Part shown: piece after piece, positions 1 to 8,206 of the stretch | Position numbering within the stretch: position 1 is the first letter of the stretch | Layout of the letters: every line of letters starts with the position of its first letter | DNA from: a virus | Taxonomy: Duplodnaviria > Caudoviricetes | IMG/VR virus record: IMGVR_UViG_3300037851_000025 | Coordinates: 1 to 36,361 of that record | Reading direction: 5' to 3' (one strand) | Length of the DNA stretch: 36,361 nt | The notes under the pieces: model-generated | Databases searched by the model: none | Told to the model about the DNA's origin: nothing | Seen by the model: the letters and a program-made list of their open reading frames with translations, nothing else | Position numbers and translations under genes: made by a program

Positions 1-306
1 CCAGCGATACTGGCAACGGAAGCACCAGACCCTGAGATGCTCGCCCTTCCTGCCGCAGTGGTCGTACCTGCACGATGGCGGGTCCTCCTGCTTGCAGTCC
101 TTGCAGTGCGGCTTGGCGTCGTGGTAAGCCACTCCGATGTTGTCGCCTTCGCACTTCGGGCACGGCCCGAACTCGCGGGGCTTGGGCGGTGCGACACCAC
201 CGATGACGACCGTCGGCGTCATGAAGTCGTTGGCCTGCCGCTGGGTCCGGCACCCGACATCGTGGACGGTGCCGACGCAACCGCAGCCGAAGTCTCCGGT
301 CGTCAT
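1..306 (-). CDS. Cys-rich zinc-ribbon protein, 3'-truncated by the window edge
   Basis: My own translation (not in the ORF track): MTTGDFGCGC...GPCPKCEGDNIGVAYH...GEHLRVWCFRCQYRW. The ATG overlaps the upstream stop (ATGA) and the frame is open to position 1. Confidence 0.7.
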   Translation of the reverse strand, partial: MTTGDFGCGCVGTVHDVGCRTQRQANDFMTPTVVIGGVAPPKPREFGPCPKCEGDNIGVAYHDAKPHCKDCKQEDPPSCRYDHCGRKGEHLRVWCFRCQYRW

Positions 307-491
307 GGCTTCATCGCCATATTGCGAAGGAGGCGGATGGCCTTGGCGTCGTAGCGGTCGGGCTCCGATAGGACGTCCAGCAGCAACTCGGTCAGCCGCT
401 CTCGCTGCCCTTCGGTGAGATGCCCTGGCGCCAGCAGCAGGATACCGGCTAACTGGTAACACTCCCACCACTTCCCGTGCTTGGTAGTCAT
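303..491 (-). CDS. hypothetical protein (62 aa)
   Basis: Start reassigned to the ATG at 491 (MTTKHGKWW...). ATGA overlaps at both ends and a GGAGG RBS upstream. Confidence 0.65.
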   Translation of the reverse strand: MTTKHGKWWECYQLAGILLLAPGHLTEGQRERLTELLLDVLSEPDRYDAKAIRLLRNMAMKP

Positions 492-883
492 GGCTTCGCC
501 TCCAGCGCCTCGTGGGCGGCGAGGGCGGCACGGATGCGACAATCATCGGCGTGTCGGTCCAGCCAGTCGTGCGCCTTCGCAGGCTCACCGGGTACATCAT
601 GTTCCCATTCGTAGACCATCAACTTGCACTCACGACAGTAGCCGTCCTCGTCTGACCCTAGCGCCTCGGCCAGCCGCTCCGCGTCGGCACTGGCGGCGGC
701 CAGCGCAGCCTCGGCCTTGTCTGCCCTGACCACAGCGCACGGGAAGCGCACCTTGACGTGGTCATCATCGGTGTGTGGTACCCACTCGCGACAGATGATG
801 CAGTCGCCGTAGGAGTCGTCCTCGTGGACGGGTGGCGATTGGCGGCAGGCGCAGTCCGCGTCGTAGGTCGTGTGGTCACTCAC
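488..883 (-). CDS. hypothetical Cys/His-rich early protein (131 aa)
   Basis: GTG start at 883 overlaps the upstream stop. Shares the RADKAEAALA..ADAERLAEA segment with the next gene. Confidence 0.7.
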   Translation of the reverse strand: MSDHTTYDADCACRQSPPVHEDDSYGDCIICREWVPHTDDDHVKVRFPCAVVRADKAEAALAAASADAERLAEALGSDEDGYCRECKLMVYEWEHDVPGEPAKAHDWLDRHADDCRIRAALAAHEALEAKP

Positions 884-1095
884 TTCGTGGCCTCCTCGTG
901 TGCGGCGAGGGCGGCATCCCACGCGACACGAGCCTCGCATCGCTCCCCCACCATCGGCGTGTCATGCGTGACGCACCAGACGCCATCGGTGCCGCCACTT
1001 GTCGGGAAGCAGGCCGGGATGCCAGCCGCGTCCATCGCCTCGGCCAGCCGCTCGGCGTCGGCGCAGACCTCGGCCAGCGCAGCCTCGGCCTTGTC
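662..1095. repeat. ~60-bp imperfect direct repeat (662-721 and 1036-1095) shared by two adjacent genes
   Basis: Exact blocks CGCCTCGGCCAGCCGCTC (662-679, 1036-1053) and CGGCCAGCGCAGCCTCGGCCTTGTC (697-721, 1071-1095). Confidence 0.9.
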
Positions 1096-1278
1096 GGCGC
1101 GGTCGCTGGCGGCACGCCACAACTCTTGGTACACGTCCTTTGCGTTCTCGGCTTCGATGGCGTCGCAGGGCGTACCGGGGTCGTAGATGGCGCGGCCAAC
1201 CGAGCCGTCGCATTCGTGCTCGCCAGCGTGCCGCTCGCGGATGGAGTTTGTCTGGAGTTTGGTGTCGGTGACACTCAT
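880..1278 (-). CDS. hypothetical early protein (132 aa), partial paralog of 488..883
   Basis: ATGA-coupled start. Contains RADKAEAALAEVCADAERLAEA and ends in ALAAHEEATK. Confidence 0.7.
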   Translation of the reverse strand: MSVTDTKLQTNSIRERHAGEHECDGSVGRAIYDPGTPCDAIEAENAKDVYQELWRAASDRADKAEAALAEVCADAERLAEAMDAAGIPACFPTSGGTDGVWCVTHDTPMVGERCEARVAWDAALAAHEEATK

Positions 1279-1481
1279 CCCTCGTCTCCCAGCGCAGCGT
1301 TGGCAACACGCACGAGGCCAACCACCCCGTCTGGTGCCAGAGCCAGACCGAGTAAGGACGTGCCCCGCTTCTCCACGATGTAGTCGCAGGGCGGCACGTT
1401 ATCCCACAGTCGCTTCCCGGTCGGGGTCGTGGGCTCAGTGAGGCCGAGCCAGGCGACGATGACGGCATGCTCGTGGGTCAT
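1275..1481 (-). CDS. hypothetical protein (68 aa)
   Basis: ATGA overlaps with both neighbours and fills the gap in the operon exactly. Confidence 0.6.
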   Translation of the reverse strand: MTHEHAVIVAWLGLTEPTTPTGKRLWDNVPPCDYIVEKRGTSLLGLALAPDGVVGLVRVANAALGDEG

Positions 1482-1975
1482 GCCTCACGGTCCTTGGTCC
1501 AGCGGACCTTCCTGCCGACAGGCATCTTGGGCTCATAGAACAGGGTCGGTTTGTCAGACGACCTCGGTCCGTTCGTGTGGCTCCACGCTGGGTGGTCGAT
1601 GTAGCCGTCCTCGGTCCATCCGCTGGCCCGCAGGCTCGCGCCACCCTCATCGGGCAGCGTGTATGTGATGAGCCGGTCATAGCCGAGCGCCCACGCCGCC
1701 CGCGTCAGGGCGCCGTAGAGCATGGAGCAAGCGTTGCGTGAGCCATCGGTGGCGACACGTGTGACCTCAGCAGTGCGTCCGTCGTCACTCATACGAGCCA
1801 ATGGCCGAGAGAGAACGCCCACTCCCACGAGCTTCTCGCCATCACTCAGGCCGACGCTGACACGGTGCCCGACCGGCGGCTCGTTGTGGCGGTGGTGCTC
1901 CGCGATGAAGCGGCGTGCCTCTGCGAGTGTGATGGGCACGAGTCGCAGGCTGCTCGGGGTCGTGGGCTCAGTCAT
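1478..1975 (-). CDS. XF1762-family / Mom-like GNAT-fold putative DNA modification protein (165 aa)
   Basis: Family motifs PITLAEARRFIAEHHRH, GVGVLSRPLAR..DDG..AEVTRVATDG.RNACSMLYGA, GYDRLITYTL..EGGASLRASGW. Start reassigned to the ATG at 1975 (ATGA overlap). Confidence 0.8.
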   Translation of the reverse strand: MTEPTTPSSLRLVPITLAEARRFIAEHHRHNEPPVGHRVSVGLSDGEKLVGVGVLSRPLARMSDDGRTAEVTRVATDGSRNACSMLYGALTRAAWALGYDRLITYTLPDEGGASLRASGWTEDGYIDHPAWSHTNGPRSSDKPTLFYEPKMPVGRKVRWTKDREA

Positions 1976-2601
1976 GATTCGTCCCTCCCGTTCACGTCGA
2001 GGAAGTAGCGCCCGGTCATCGCGATGAACTCGCCCAGCGGCACTGGCCCGCCGTGCTCCTCGGCCCAGTCGTTGGCGCGGACGATGATGACGTCGACCGG
2101 CCGCACGCCGACGTGGACCCACGAGCGCACCAGCAGCGGACGGAGGTCGCGCCGCAGCGGCTCCATCGCCTCGATGGGCACCGTGATCCAGGCGTGCGCG
2201 TCGATGGGTCCCCACTCACCCAGCCTCCCGACCCAGCGGGGCACGTCGTCGCGGGTGGCCTTGGACTGCCACTTCCACGTCCGCCCGATGAGGTCGATGG
2301 CGTCGCCGTACTCGCCCACCTTCGTCGGGCCGTAGAGCTTCTCGAGGCGGCGCTCGGTGTCCTTGCCGAGACGCGAGGCCGAGCGGCCTGCACGGGACTT
2401 GGTGGCGTCCTTGACGGCGCCGCAGGAACATTCCATGCGCCAGCCACGACGTGGACCCTCGTGTGGCCCATTGCACTTCCACGGCGTCACGCAGTTGGGG
2501 CACATGTCACCGTCGTCGTTCCAGAGCCAGTCGTGGCGATGGCGCGCTGTCTCGCGCTGGAGCCGCTGCGCGCCGAGATTGGCTCGGGGGTCGGTGGTCA
2601 T
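1972..2601 (-). CDS. putative PD-(D/E)xK nuclease / Holliday-junction resolvase-like protein with N-terminal Cys/His modules
   Basis: SRLGKDTERRL...GDAIDLIG...WQSK resembles the G..(E)R / D / (E/Q)xK layout of Hjc-type resolvases. The N-terminus has HRHDW, CPNC and CSCG. Confidence 0.5.
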   Translation of the reverse strand: MTTDPRANLGAQRLQRETARHRHDWLWNDDGDMCPNCVTPWKCNGPHEGPRRGWRMECSCGAVKDATKSRAGRSASRLGKDTERRLEKLYGPTKVGEYGDAIDLIGRTWKWQSKATRDDVPRWVGRLGEWGPIDAHAWITVPIEAMEPLRRDLRPLLVRSWVHVGVRPVDVIIVRANDWAEEHGGPVPLGEFIAMTGRYFLDVNGRDES

Positions 2602-2807
2602 TCGAGCACCCGGTAGTTCGTCTCGGGCACCCAGCCCTCAGTGGTCATGACGCGGCATCCGCTGGTGATGCTCCACTCGGTCTCGACATCCCACCTTGAG
2701 TCACAGCCCCACGGTGAGGTTGACCACATCGCTACCAGCAGGACCAGGCCAGCGACGAACCCTAGGACGACCAGACCAATGACCAATGCACGATCCGCCT
2801 TACTCAT
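2598..2807 (-). CDS. membrane-anchored hypothetical protein (69 aa)
   Basis: ATG at 2807 with a GGAGG RBS. Hydrophobic ALVIGLVVLGFVAGLVLLVAMW followed by a domain with two Cys. Confidence 0.7.
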   Translation of the reverse strand: MSKADRALVIGLVVLGFVAGLVLLVAMWSTSPWGCDSRWDVETEWSITSGCRVMTTEGWVPETNYRVLE

Positions 2808-2896
2808 GGCTGCCTCCTCCCGCAGCGTCGGCACAGGATGATGACGGAGCCGTCCTTCATGTCGGAGCGGACCCAGTCGTGGACGTGGTCGGTCAT
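2804..2896 (-). CDS. 30-aa zinc-ribbon micro-protein
   Basis: My own translation MTDHVHDWVRSDMKDGSVIILCRRCGRRQP. ATGA overlaps at both ends; HxHxW...CxxCG pattern. Confidence 0.65.
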   Translation of the reverse strand: MTDHVHDWVRSDMKDGSVIILCRRCGRRQP

Positions 2897-3579
2897 GCGG
2901 CGCGCTCCCGTTCGAGGTAGGCCATCAGTTGGCGGCCGATCCATTCGGTGTAGGAGGGGGGGATGGCCTGATTGAGCTGCTGCCGTGTCATCCAGTCGAT
3001 GCCCATGAGTGCCCGCCGGACGTCATCGGGCGGCGCGTAGCCGCCCGTCCGCTTGACACTCGGGTCAAGGGAACGGTTCTTCGACCACGCGCCGCCGTAG
3101 ACGCCACCGACGCGCATCCCCTTGACGTGGCGGCATGGCCCTGGCGCCATGATGTACGCCGAAGACTGGAAGAGCCGATGGCGCTTGAGTTGGACCGTCT
3201 GCTCGATGTAGTGGTCCCATGAGCGAAGGTCGAACATCGAGCCGCAAAGCGTCACGGCGTCCGGCAGCGGTGCGCCTACCACGTTCTCGCAGACCCACGG
3301 CACGCCGATGGCCCGCAGCGTGGCGAGCGTGTCGGGCACGAGGGCGGGATGCTCGCGGTCATGAGCGTGGCGGGTGATGCTGTATGCCTGACACGGCGGC
3401 GATGCATGGATGGCGTCAAACTCCGAGCCATGCTCCCTGAGATACGTCAGGGCATCGGCCTGGTGGAACTCGAAGGGGTAGCGCGGCTGGGGCTTGATGT
3501 CCACGCCGACGACCTCGAAGCCCGCGCGGTGGTAGCCCATCGCTGCGCCTCCGGCGCCGAAGAGATCGAGGAGTCTCAC
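2893..3579 (-). CDS. DNA cytosine-C5 methyltransferase-like protein (short phage type)
   Basis: LLDLFGAGG (motif I-like), GVDI, HASPPCQ (catalytic PC), ENV, RHRLF, QAIPPSYTEWIG. Confidence 0.85.
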   Translation of the reverse strand: MRLLDLFGAGGAAMGYHRAGFEVVGVDIKPQPRYPFEFHQADALTYLREHGSEFDAIHASPPCQAYSITRHAHDREHPALVPDTLATLRAIGVPWVCENVVGAPLPDAVTLCGSMFDLRSWDHYIEQTVQLKRHRLFQSSAYIMAPGPCRHVKGMRVGGVYGGAWSKNRSLDPSVKRTGGYAPPDDVRRALMGIDWMTRQQLNQAIPPSYTEWIGRQLMAYLERERAA

Positions 3580-4100
3580 GACGCCACCGCCGGCCGTGGG
3601 ACGAGTCGCTGGAACTCTGTCTCTCCCGTCGTCGTTTCAACGCCTCGCGCTCGCGCGCTACCGTTCCGTTCCTTACCGTTCCTTACCGTTCCTATACCGT
3701 TCCGTTCCGTGTCGGGGATGTGCGGGGATGTGCGGGGATGTGCGGGGAGTGCCGGGCAGTCGCCGGAAAGATGCTTCCGCTCGATGGTCGTGACACGCTT
3801 CGTCGGACCAGACAACCGCTGGTGCTCTGGCAGCGTCGGGATGACGGCGTGACCGCATTCGAGCACCACGAGCCGGCCGCTGTCGGTCAGCTCCTTGCCC
3901 CATCCGGCGATCGATGCCTCGCGGCGCTTGACGGTCTGGTGGGGGAACAGTTCGGCACCGATGCGGTGGATGTTCCACTCGAGGTAGCCGGCGTCGTCGG
4001 CGGCGCACCAGAGGCCGATGTAGCAGAGCCGGGCGCCGTAGGTCAGCGCGGCCATCTTCTCGTCCAGCCAGAAGTCGGGCTTCACCTGGCGGATGCGCAT
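3576..4100 (-). CDS. phage replication initiator / replisome-organiser-like protein
   Basis: The N-terminal RIRQVKPDFWLDEK...RLCYIGLWCAADDAG motif is typical of phage replication proteins. Internal tandem repeats as in lambda O-type origins. Confidence 0.75.
   Translation of the reverse strand: MRIRQVKPDFWLDEKMAALTYGARLCYIGLWCAADDAGYLEWNIHRIGAELFPHQTVKRREASIAGWGKELTDSGRLVVLECGHAVIPTLPEHQRLSGPTKRVTTIERKHLSGDCPALPAHPRTSPHIPDTERNGIGTVRNGKERNGSARARGVETTTGETEFQRLVPRPAVAS
3659..3751. repeat. two adjacent 10-bp tandem arrays, putative replication-origin iterons
   Basis: CCGTTCCTTA-type units at 3666-3695 flanked by CCGTT 5-mers. CGGGGATGTG x3 at 3713-3742 plus a degenerate copy at 3743-3751. Confidence 0.75.
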
Positions 4101-4101
4101 G

Positions 4102-6294
4102 TCACGCGCTCAGGCCGAGGTCGAGTTGTCCTTCGGCACGGTGAAGGTTGCGCACCGCGGCGCTCCAGTAGCTCGGCTTCAACTCGATGCCGATGAAGCG
4201 GCGCCGCTGCTGGATGGCGACGTAGCCCTCGGAACCGATACCAGCGAAGGGCGACAGCACGAGCTCTCCAGGGTTACTCCACAGCAGGACGCAGCGGCGG
4301 ATGGTCTCGAGCTGCAGCGGGGCAACGTGCTTCTCGTCCTTCTCGTCACGCCCCTCGGCAGCCGATAGCGTCTCGCTCTCGCGGATGCCGTACCAGACCG
4401 GGCGGGCCCAGCTGATCCAGTCCTCGTTATCGACCTCATCCGAGCGGATGGGCACGGCGTTGTCGCCAGGTCGGCGGAACACGAGGATGTAGTCGGCGTA
4501 TGCGGGCCTGAGCCACGAGCGGTCCCGCTCCTTCTGGACGAAGAGCAGCCCCTTTGCCTTGGTGCGGATGGCCTGCGCCTGCGGGTCCTTATCGATGCAG
4601 ACCTCGCCGTGATACAGGAAGCCGCGGCTCTCGAATGACACGATGGTCTGCCCGCGGAAGTCCTTGAGCGCCGTTACGCCATCGCGCGCGACCGTCTTGG
4701 GCACCTGACTTACGTGGACGGCGATGTTGCGCCCGGGCTTCATGACCCGCAGCAGTTCGTCTTGGATGAAGCCGAAGTGCTCCCAGAACTGCGCATCCCC
4801 GCGGCTGTTGCCGAGGTCCCGGTCGGTCGGTGAGTAGGTGTACAGCGAGAGGAAGGGCGGGCTGAAGACGGAGAAGTCGATGGACGCATCGGGCAGCTCA
4901 CGCAGTCGCTCTGTGCTGTCGCCCAGCAGCATCCGCCACCCGAGGCCGACCTCCTCGGCCGTCTTGTAGACCTCGGGCTCGCGGGCCTCGCCCAGCGCCA
5001 GCCGCTCATGCTCCGAGACGGCCGCCATCAACTTCTCGCCCATGTCGAGCGCCTCCTCTTCCTTGCGCATGACGTTCTCGTAGATGGCCGCCTCGGCATC
5101 CGACAGCACGACGTGGGCTGTGACGGTCTCGGTCTGGCCGAAGCGCCAGCAGCGCCGGATGCACTGGTAGTACGACTCCCACGAGTCGGAGAGGCCGACG
5201 AAGGCCATCTGGTGCGCGTTCTGGAAGTTCATGCCGAAGCCGGCGATGCGCGGCTTGGTGATGAGCACCCTCGCCCGTCCGTCTTGGAACGCCTCGATGC
5301 CCTCCGCCTTCTCCTCTGGCGACTGGCTGCCCTCGATGAGCAGCGACCCGGGGATGGCATCGCGCAACTGGTAGCCCTCGTCATTCAATCCGTGCCAGAC
5401 GAGCCACTGGCCCTCGCCAGCGTTGACAAGTTCGGCAGCCCGGGCGACGCGGTCGCTCATCGTGGAGCGGCGCACGGCTGAGCGGTCCGTGATGCCCTTA
5501 AGCCCACCGAAGAAGAGCTGCCCATCGGGGACGTAGCCGGACTCCACCCATTCGGGCTGGATGACCAGCTCGGGCAGGATGTAGCCGTCATCCTCAAAGC
5601 CGATGTCCGATGGGTGCCGGACGCTCATCGACCACGACGCCAGCCAGCGGAAGAACGCATCCTCGGCATGGCCCTTGAGGAACCAGCCCGAGCGTCGGCT
5701 GTCGTCCGACTTGTGGACGAAGAACTCGGCCAGCATCTCCTGCATGGACGCGATGCCAAGGAACTCGGAGTGATTGCCGATCTCCACCAGGTCATTCGGA
5801 GCCGGCGTAGCCGTGCAGGCCAGCCGGTACGGTGTCTCAGCGAACATGGCCGTAAGCCGCTGGCGCGTCTTGCCGTCCATCGCCTTGAGAATCGAGGACT
5901 CATCGAGCACGATGGCCTCGTACCGCCCAGCATCGAAGTGCGGCAGCATCTCGTAGTTGGTGATGCTGACATCGGCGCTCGTGCGCCCATCCTCCCTGAC
6001 GTACGCCAAGTCGACGCCTATCCGGCGCGCCTCACGCACGCTCTGGCGAGCCACGGACAGCGGCGCGACGATGAGCGTGCGCTTGCCCAGTAGACGGGCC
6101 CACTCGAGCTGCATGAGCGTCTTGCCGAGGCCAGTGTCAGCGAACAGGGCCGCCCGCCCACGACGCAGCGCCCAGACGACGAGCGCGCGCTGGAACGGGA
6201 ACAGCATCGAGTGGACCGCATCAGGCGAGATCGATGGGCCCGTAGGGGCGAGCGTCTTGGCCTTCGCCTCGAGGAAGGCGGCGTACTCGCTCAC
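4102..6294 (-). CDS. SF2 (SNF2-like) helicase fused to a C-terminal N4/N6 (beta-class) DNA methyltransferase
   Basis: Helicase motifs ADTGLGKT, LDESS, TATPAPND, QCIRRCWRFGQ. MTase motifs GDS..L..LPDASIDFSVFSPPF, HVAPLQL and VLSPFAGIGSEG. Confidence 0.9.
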   Translation of the reverse strand: MSEYAAFLEAKAKTLAPTGPSISPDAVHSMLFPFQRALVVWALRRGRAALFADTGLGKTLMQLEWARLLGKRTLIVAPLSVARQSVREARRIGVDLAYVREDGRTSADVSITNYEMLPHFDAGRYEAIVLDESSILKAMDGKTRQRLTAMFAETPYRLACTATPAPNDLVEIGNHSEFLGIASMQEMLAEFFVHKSDDSRRSGWFLKGHAEDAFFRWLASWSMSVRHPSDIGFEDDGYILPELVIQPEWVESGYVPDGQLFFGGLKGITDRSAVRRSTMSDRVARAAELVNAGEGQWLVWHGLNDEGYQLRDAIPGSLLIEGSQSPEEKAEGIEAFQDGRARVLITKPRIAGFGMNFQNAHQMAFVGLSDSWESYYQCIRRCWRFGQTETVTAHVVLSDAEAAIYENVMRKEEEALDMGEKLMAAVSEHERLALGEAREPEVYKTAEEVGLGWRMLLGDSTERLRELPDASIDFSVFSPPFLSLYTYSPTDRDLGNSRGDAQFWEHFGFIQDELLRVMKPGRNIAVHVSQVPKTVARDGVTALKDFRGQTIVSFESRGFLYHGEVCIDKDPQAQAIRTKAKGLLFVQKERDRSWLRPAYADYILVFRRPGDNAVPIRSDEVDNEDWISWARPVWYGIRESETLSAAEGRDEKDEKHVAPLQLETIRRCVLLWSNPGELVLSPFAGIGSEGYVAIQQRRRFIGIELKPSYWSAAVRNLHRAEGQLDLGLSA

Positions 6295-6488
6295 GCCACC
6301 ACCCTCCGACGCTCATACGCGTCCCACCTGCTGAAGAGCATGGCGTCCGGTTGCTGCTCCGAGAGCGTGCGCACGGCCCACTCGTGGTGCCGCTGCGTGC
6401 GGACGTGCTCGAGGACGTGCTCCGGCCACTGGTCTCGATCGTTGGGGACGATGACGGTGCCGCCGCAGGCACAGGTGCTGCGCCTCAT
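6291..6488 (-). CDS. hypothetical protein with CxC...HxxxxxH motif (65 aa)
   Basis: ATG at 6488 (MRRSTCACGG...) overlaps the upstream stop, and its stop overlaps the helicase GTG. Confidence 0.6.
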   Translation of the reverse strand: MRRSTCACGGTVIVPNDRDQWPEHVLEHVRTQRHHEWAVRTLSEQQPDAMLFSRWDAYERRRVVA

Positions 6489-6565
6489 GGCCGCCACGCC
6501 ACGACGAAGAGGCCCACGAGGCCGATGACGATGAGCAGGGACATCCAGACGGCGCTGTGCTTCAT
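6485..6565 (-). CDS. 26-aa single-TM micro-protein
   Basis: My own translation MKHSAVWMSLLIVIGLVGLFVVAWRP. ATGA overlaps on both sides. Confidence 0.6.
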   Translation of the reverse strand: MKHSAVWMSLLIVIGLVGLFVVAWRP

Positions 6566-6726
6566 GCCGCACTGTCTTTCCGAGGTGTCTTTGCGCTGCA
6601 CTTGTGGACACGCCGGCCCGCGTCATTGACGAGCACCAGCGTCCCGTCGATGCGCACCCAGCGCACGATGGCCTTGCACTGTTGGCACTTGATGGGGCCG
6701 AGGAGGGTGGGGTACTTGGCGGTCAT
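6562..6726 (-). CDS. small zinc-ribbon protein (54 aa)
   Basis: MTAKYPTLLGPIKCQQCKAIVRW...VHKC. ATGA-coupled start at 6726. Confidence 0.65.
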   Translation of the reverse strand: MTAKYPTLLGPIKCQQCKAIVRWVRIDGTLVLVNDAGRRVHKCSAKTPRKDSAA

Positions 6727-7145
6727 GGCATCGGTCCTTCCAACCAGCCACCGTAGTAGCCGTTGGACGAGTTGCGGTACTCGACGATGACCTCGCCCTT
6801 CGGTGACTGGAACGCCGTCTGGTAGACACGGACGCACTCGCCATCAGCGTCCGACTCGCCCATGTCCTGCTCGGAGTAGCCGGTGAAGACGACGCCAGCG
6901 ATGTCAGGAGGGACCGTGATGTGCTCAATCCACGAGTGCGAGCAGCAGTCGCCCATCGCTTCGTACTTGAGCCTGCGTCCATCGGTCAGCGTAAAGACAA
7001 GCAGGCTCCCGTCATCCTCGACGGTCACCGACTCAACTGGTTGTTCATGCAGTGGGCTGTAGTCGGCGGACGACCCGAACAACGAATGAACCATGTTCAT
7101 GAAGCCGGGATATGAGATAGGCCGCAGTTCGTCGTCTACGCCCAC
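6723..7145 (-). CDS. conserved phage hypothetical protein (DCC...NxSNGYYGG type)
   Basis: GDCCSHSWIE and YRNSSNGYYGGW are recurrent phage motifs. Start uncertain (GTG at 7145 or a later ATG). Confidence 0.7.
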   Translation of the reverse strand: MGVDDELRPISYPGFMNMVHSLFGSSADYSPLHEQPVESVTVEDDGSLLVFTLTDGRRLKYEAMGDCCSHSWIEHITVPPDIAGVVFTGYSEQDMGESDADGECVRVYQTAFQSPKGEVIVEYRNSSNGYYGGWLEGPMP

Positions 7146-8206
7146 GTCTCGTCTGCCTTGTTCCGATGGGGCCCGCGATGATCGAGGGTGCGCTGGCAGC
7201 GGCCGAACTCGCCGCTGAACGCCGGGCACGTTGGTGCCGCCATGGGATTGACCCTGCCACTCCCAGCAGCGACAGGACCGGCGGCATGCTCGGCAGGAGG
7301 AGGCGGCTCTTCCACGGTGGGCGCGGCGTCGTCGCGCACCTCCTCCTGCTCCTGGTCGACGGGGGGGAGTCCGTCGACCGCGGTCCCGTCCGCTCGTGGC
7401 ACGAAGGGTGCGGGACCTGATGTGTTCAGCCCGAGCCGTTCATGGACGCGGGCCATCGGCGTATCGCCGTTGTGGGCGGTCGCCGGGATGCGCTGCGGGC
7501 GGGCGCTCTCCTCTTCTGCGCGGGCCTCGATCTCCAAGGCCCGCTCCGCGACGTGGGCCAGCGGCAGCCGCTTGGCGATGCGCTTGAGCACCGTCTTGCG
7601 GGCCATCTCGTCGGGCCAGTCGACCCACGGGCCGTCGTCGGCAGCGCGGCTCGAGCGGCGCACCATCTCGATCTCGGCGTTGGGCATCCATTCGATGACC
7701 AGCTCGCCCGAGCGCAGGCGACAGATGGCATAGGCGCCGACGCGGTTCCCGCGAGCGGTGAGGGACGGGCGATGCACGACACGCGGCTCGGAGCCGAGGT
7801 CCAGCGCGAACTCGTCCTCCTCGTAGACGCACTGGGCGTCGATGCTGGCGATCTCGCCGGAGCGGCGGATGAGCTTGAGCAGCCCGCGCCAGCCGACTTG
7901 GAACTGTGCTTCGTATCGCCCGGTGTTCCGGTTGCGGTAGGGCAGGACGTAGCCCTCGCCCATGAGTCCGTTGGGCTCGAGGCCGAGGGTCGCGCTGTCG
8001 CGGATGGCTTCGATGATGGACGCCGGGTCGGACTCGAGCACCTTCGGGTTGCTCGTCACGGCGTGAAGGGCGACGGTGCGGAACCGCTCATACAGCCGCT
8101 CGTCGTTGCCCAGCAGGGCCCGAAGCTGGTCGGCCCTGTTGTCCAGCAGGACCATCACCTGACCCGCGGTCTCCTTCGGGTCGATGCGGGCCACGGCCCT
8201 AGTCAT
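7136..8206 (-). CDS. recT: RecT-family single-strand annealing recombinase
   Basis: SATLGLEPNGLMGEGYVLPY, AQFQVGWRGLLKLIRRSG, GPWVDWPDEMARKTVLKRIAKRLP. Start at ATG 8206. Confidence 0.92.
   Translation of the reverse strand: MTRAVARIDPKETAGQVMVLLDNRADQLRALLGNDERLYERFRTVALHAVTSNPKVLESDPASIIEAIRDSATLGLEPNGLMGEGYVLPYRNRNTGRYEAQFQVGWRGLLKLIRRSGEIASIDAQCVYEEDEFALDLGSEPRVVHRPSLTARGNRVGAYAICRLRSGELVIEWMPNAEIEMVRRSSRAADDGPWVDWPDEMARKTVLKRIAKRLPLAHVAERALEIEARAEEESARPQRIPATAHNGDTPMARVHERLGLNTSGPAPFVPRADGTAVDGLPPVDQEQEEVRDDAAPTVEEPPPPAEHAAGPVAAGSGRVNPMAAPTCPAFSGEFGRCQRTLDHRGPHRNKADETWA

Noticed and set aside
3659-3751. Tandem repeats considered as a CRISPR array
   Set aside because: The units are 5-10 bp with no unique spacers and no cas genes. 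They are better explained as origin iterons.
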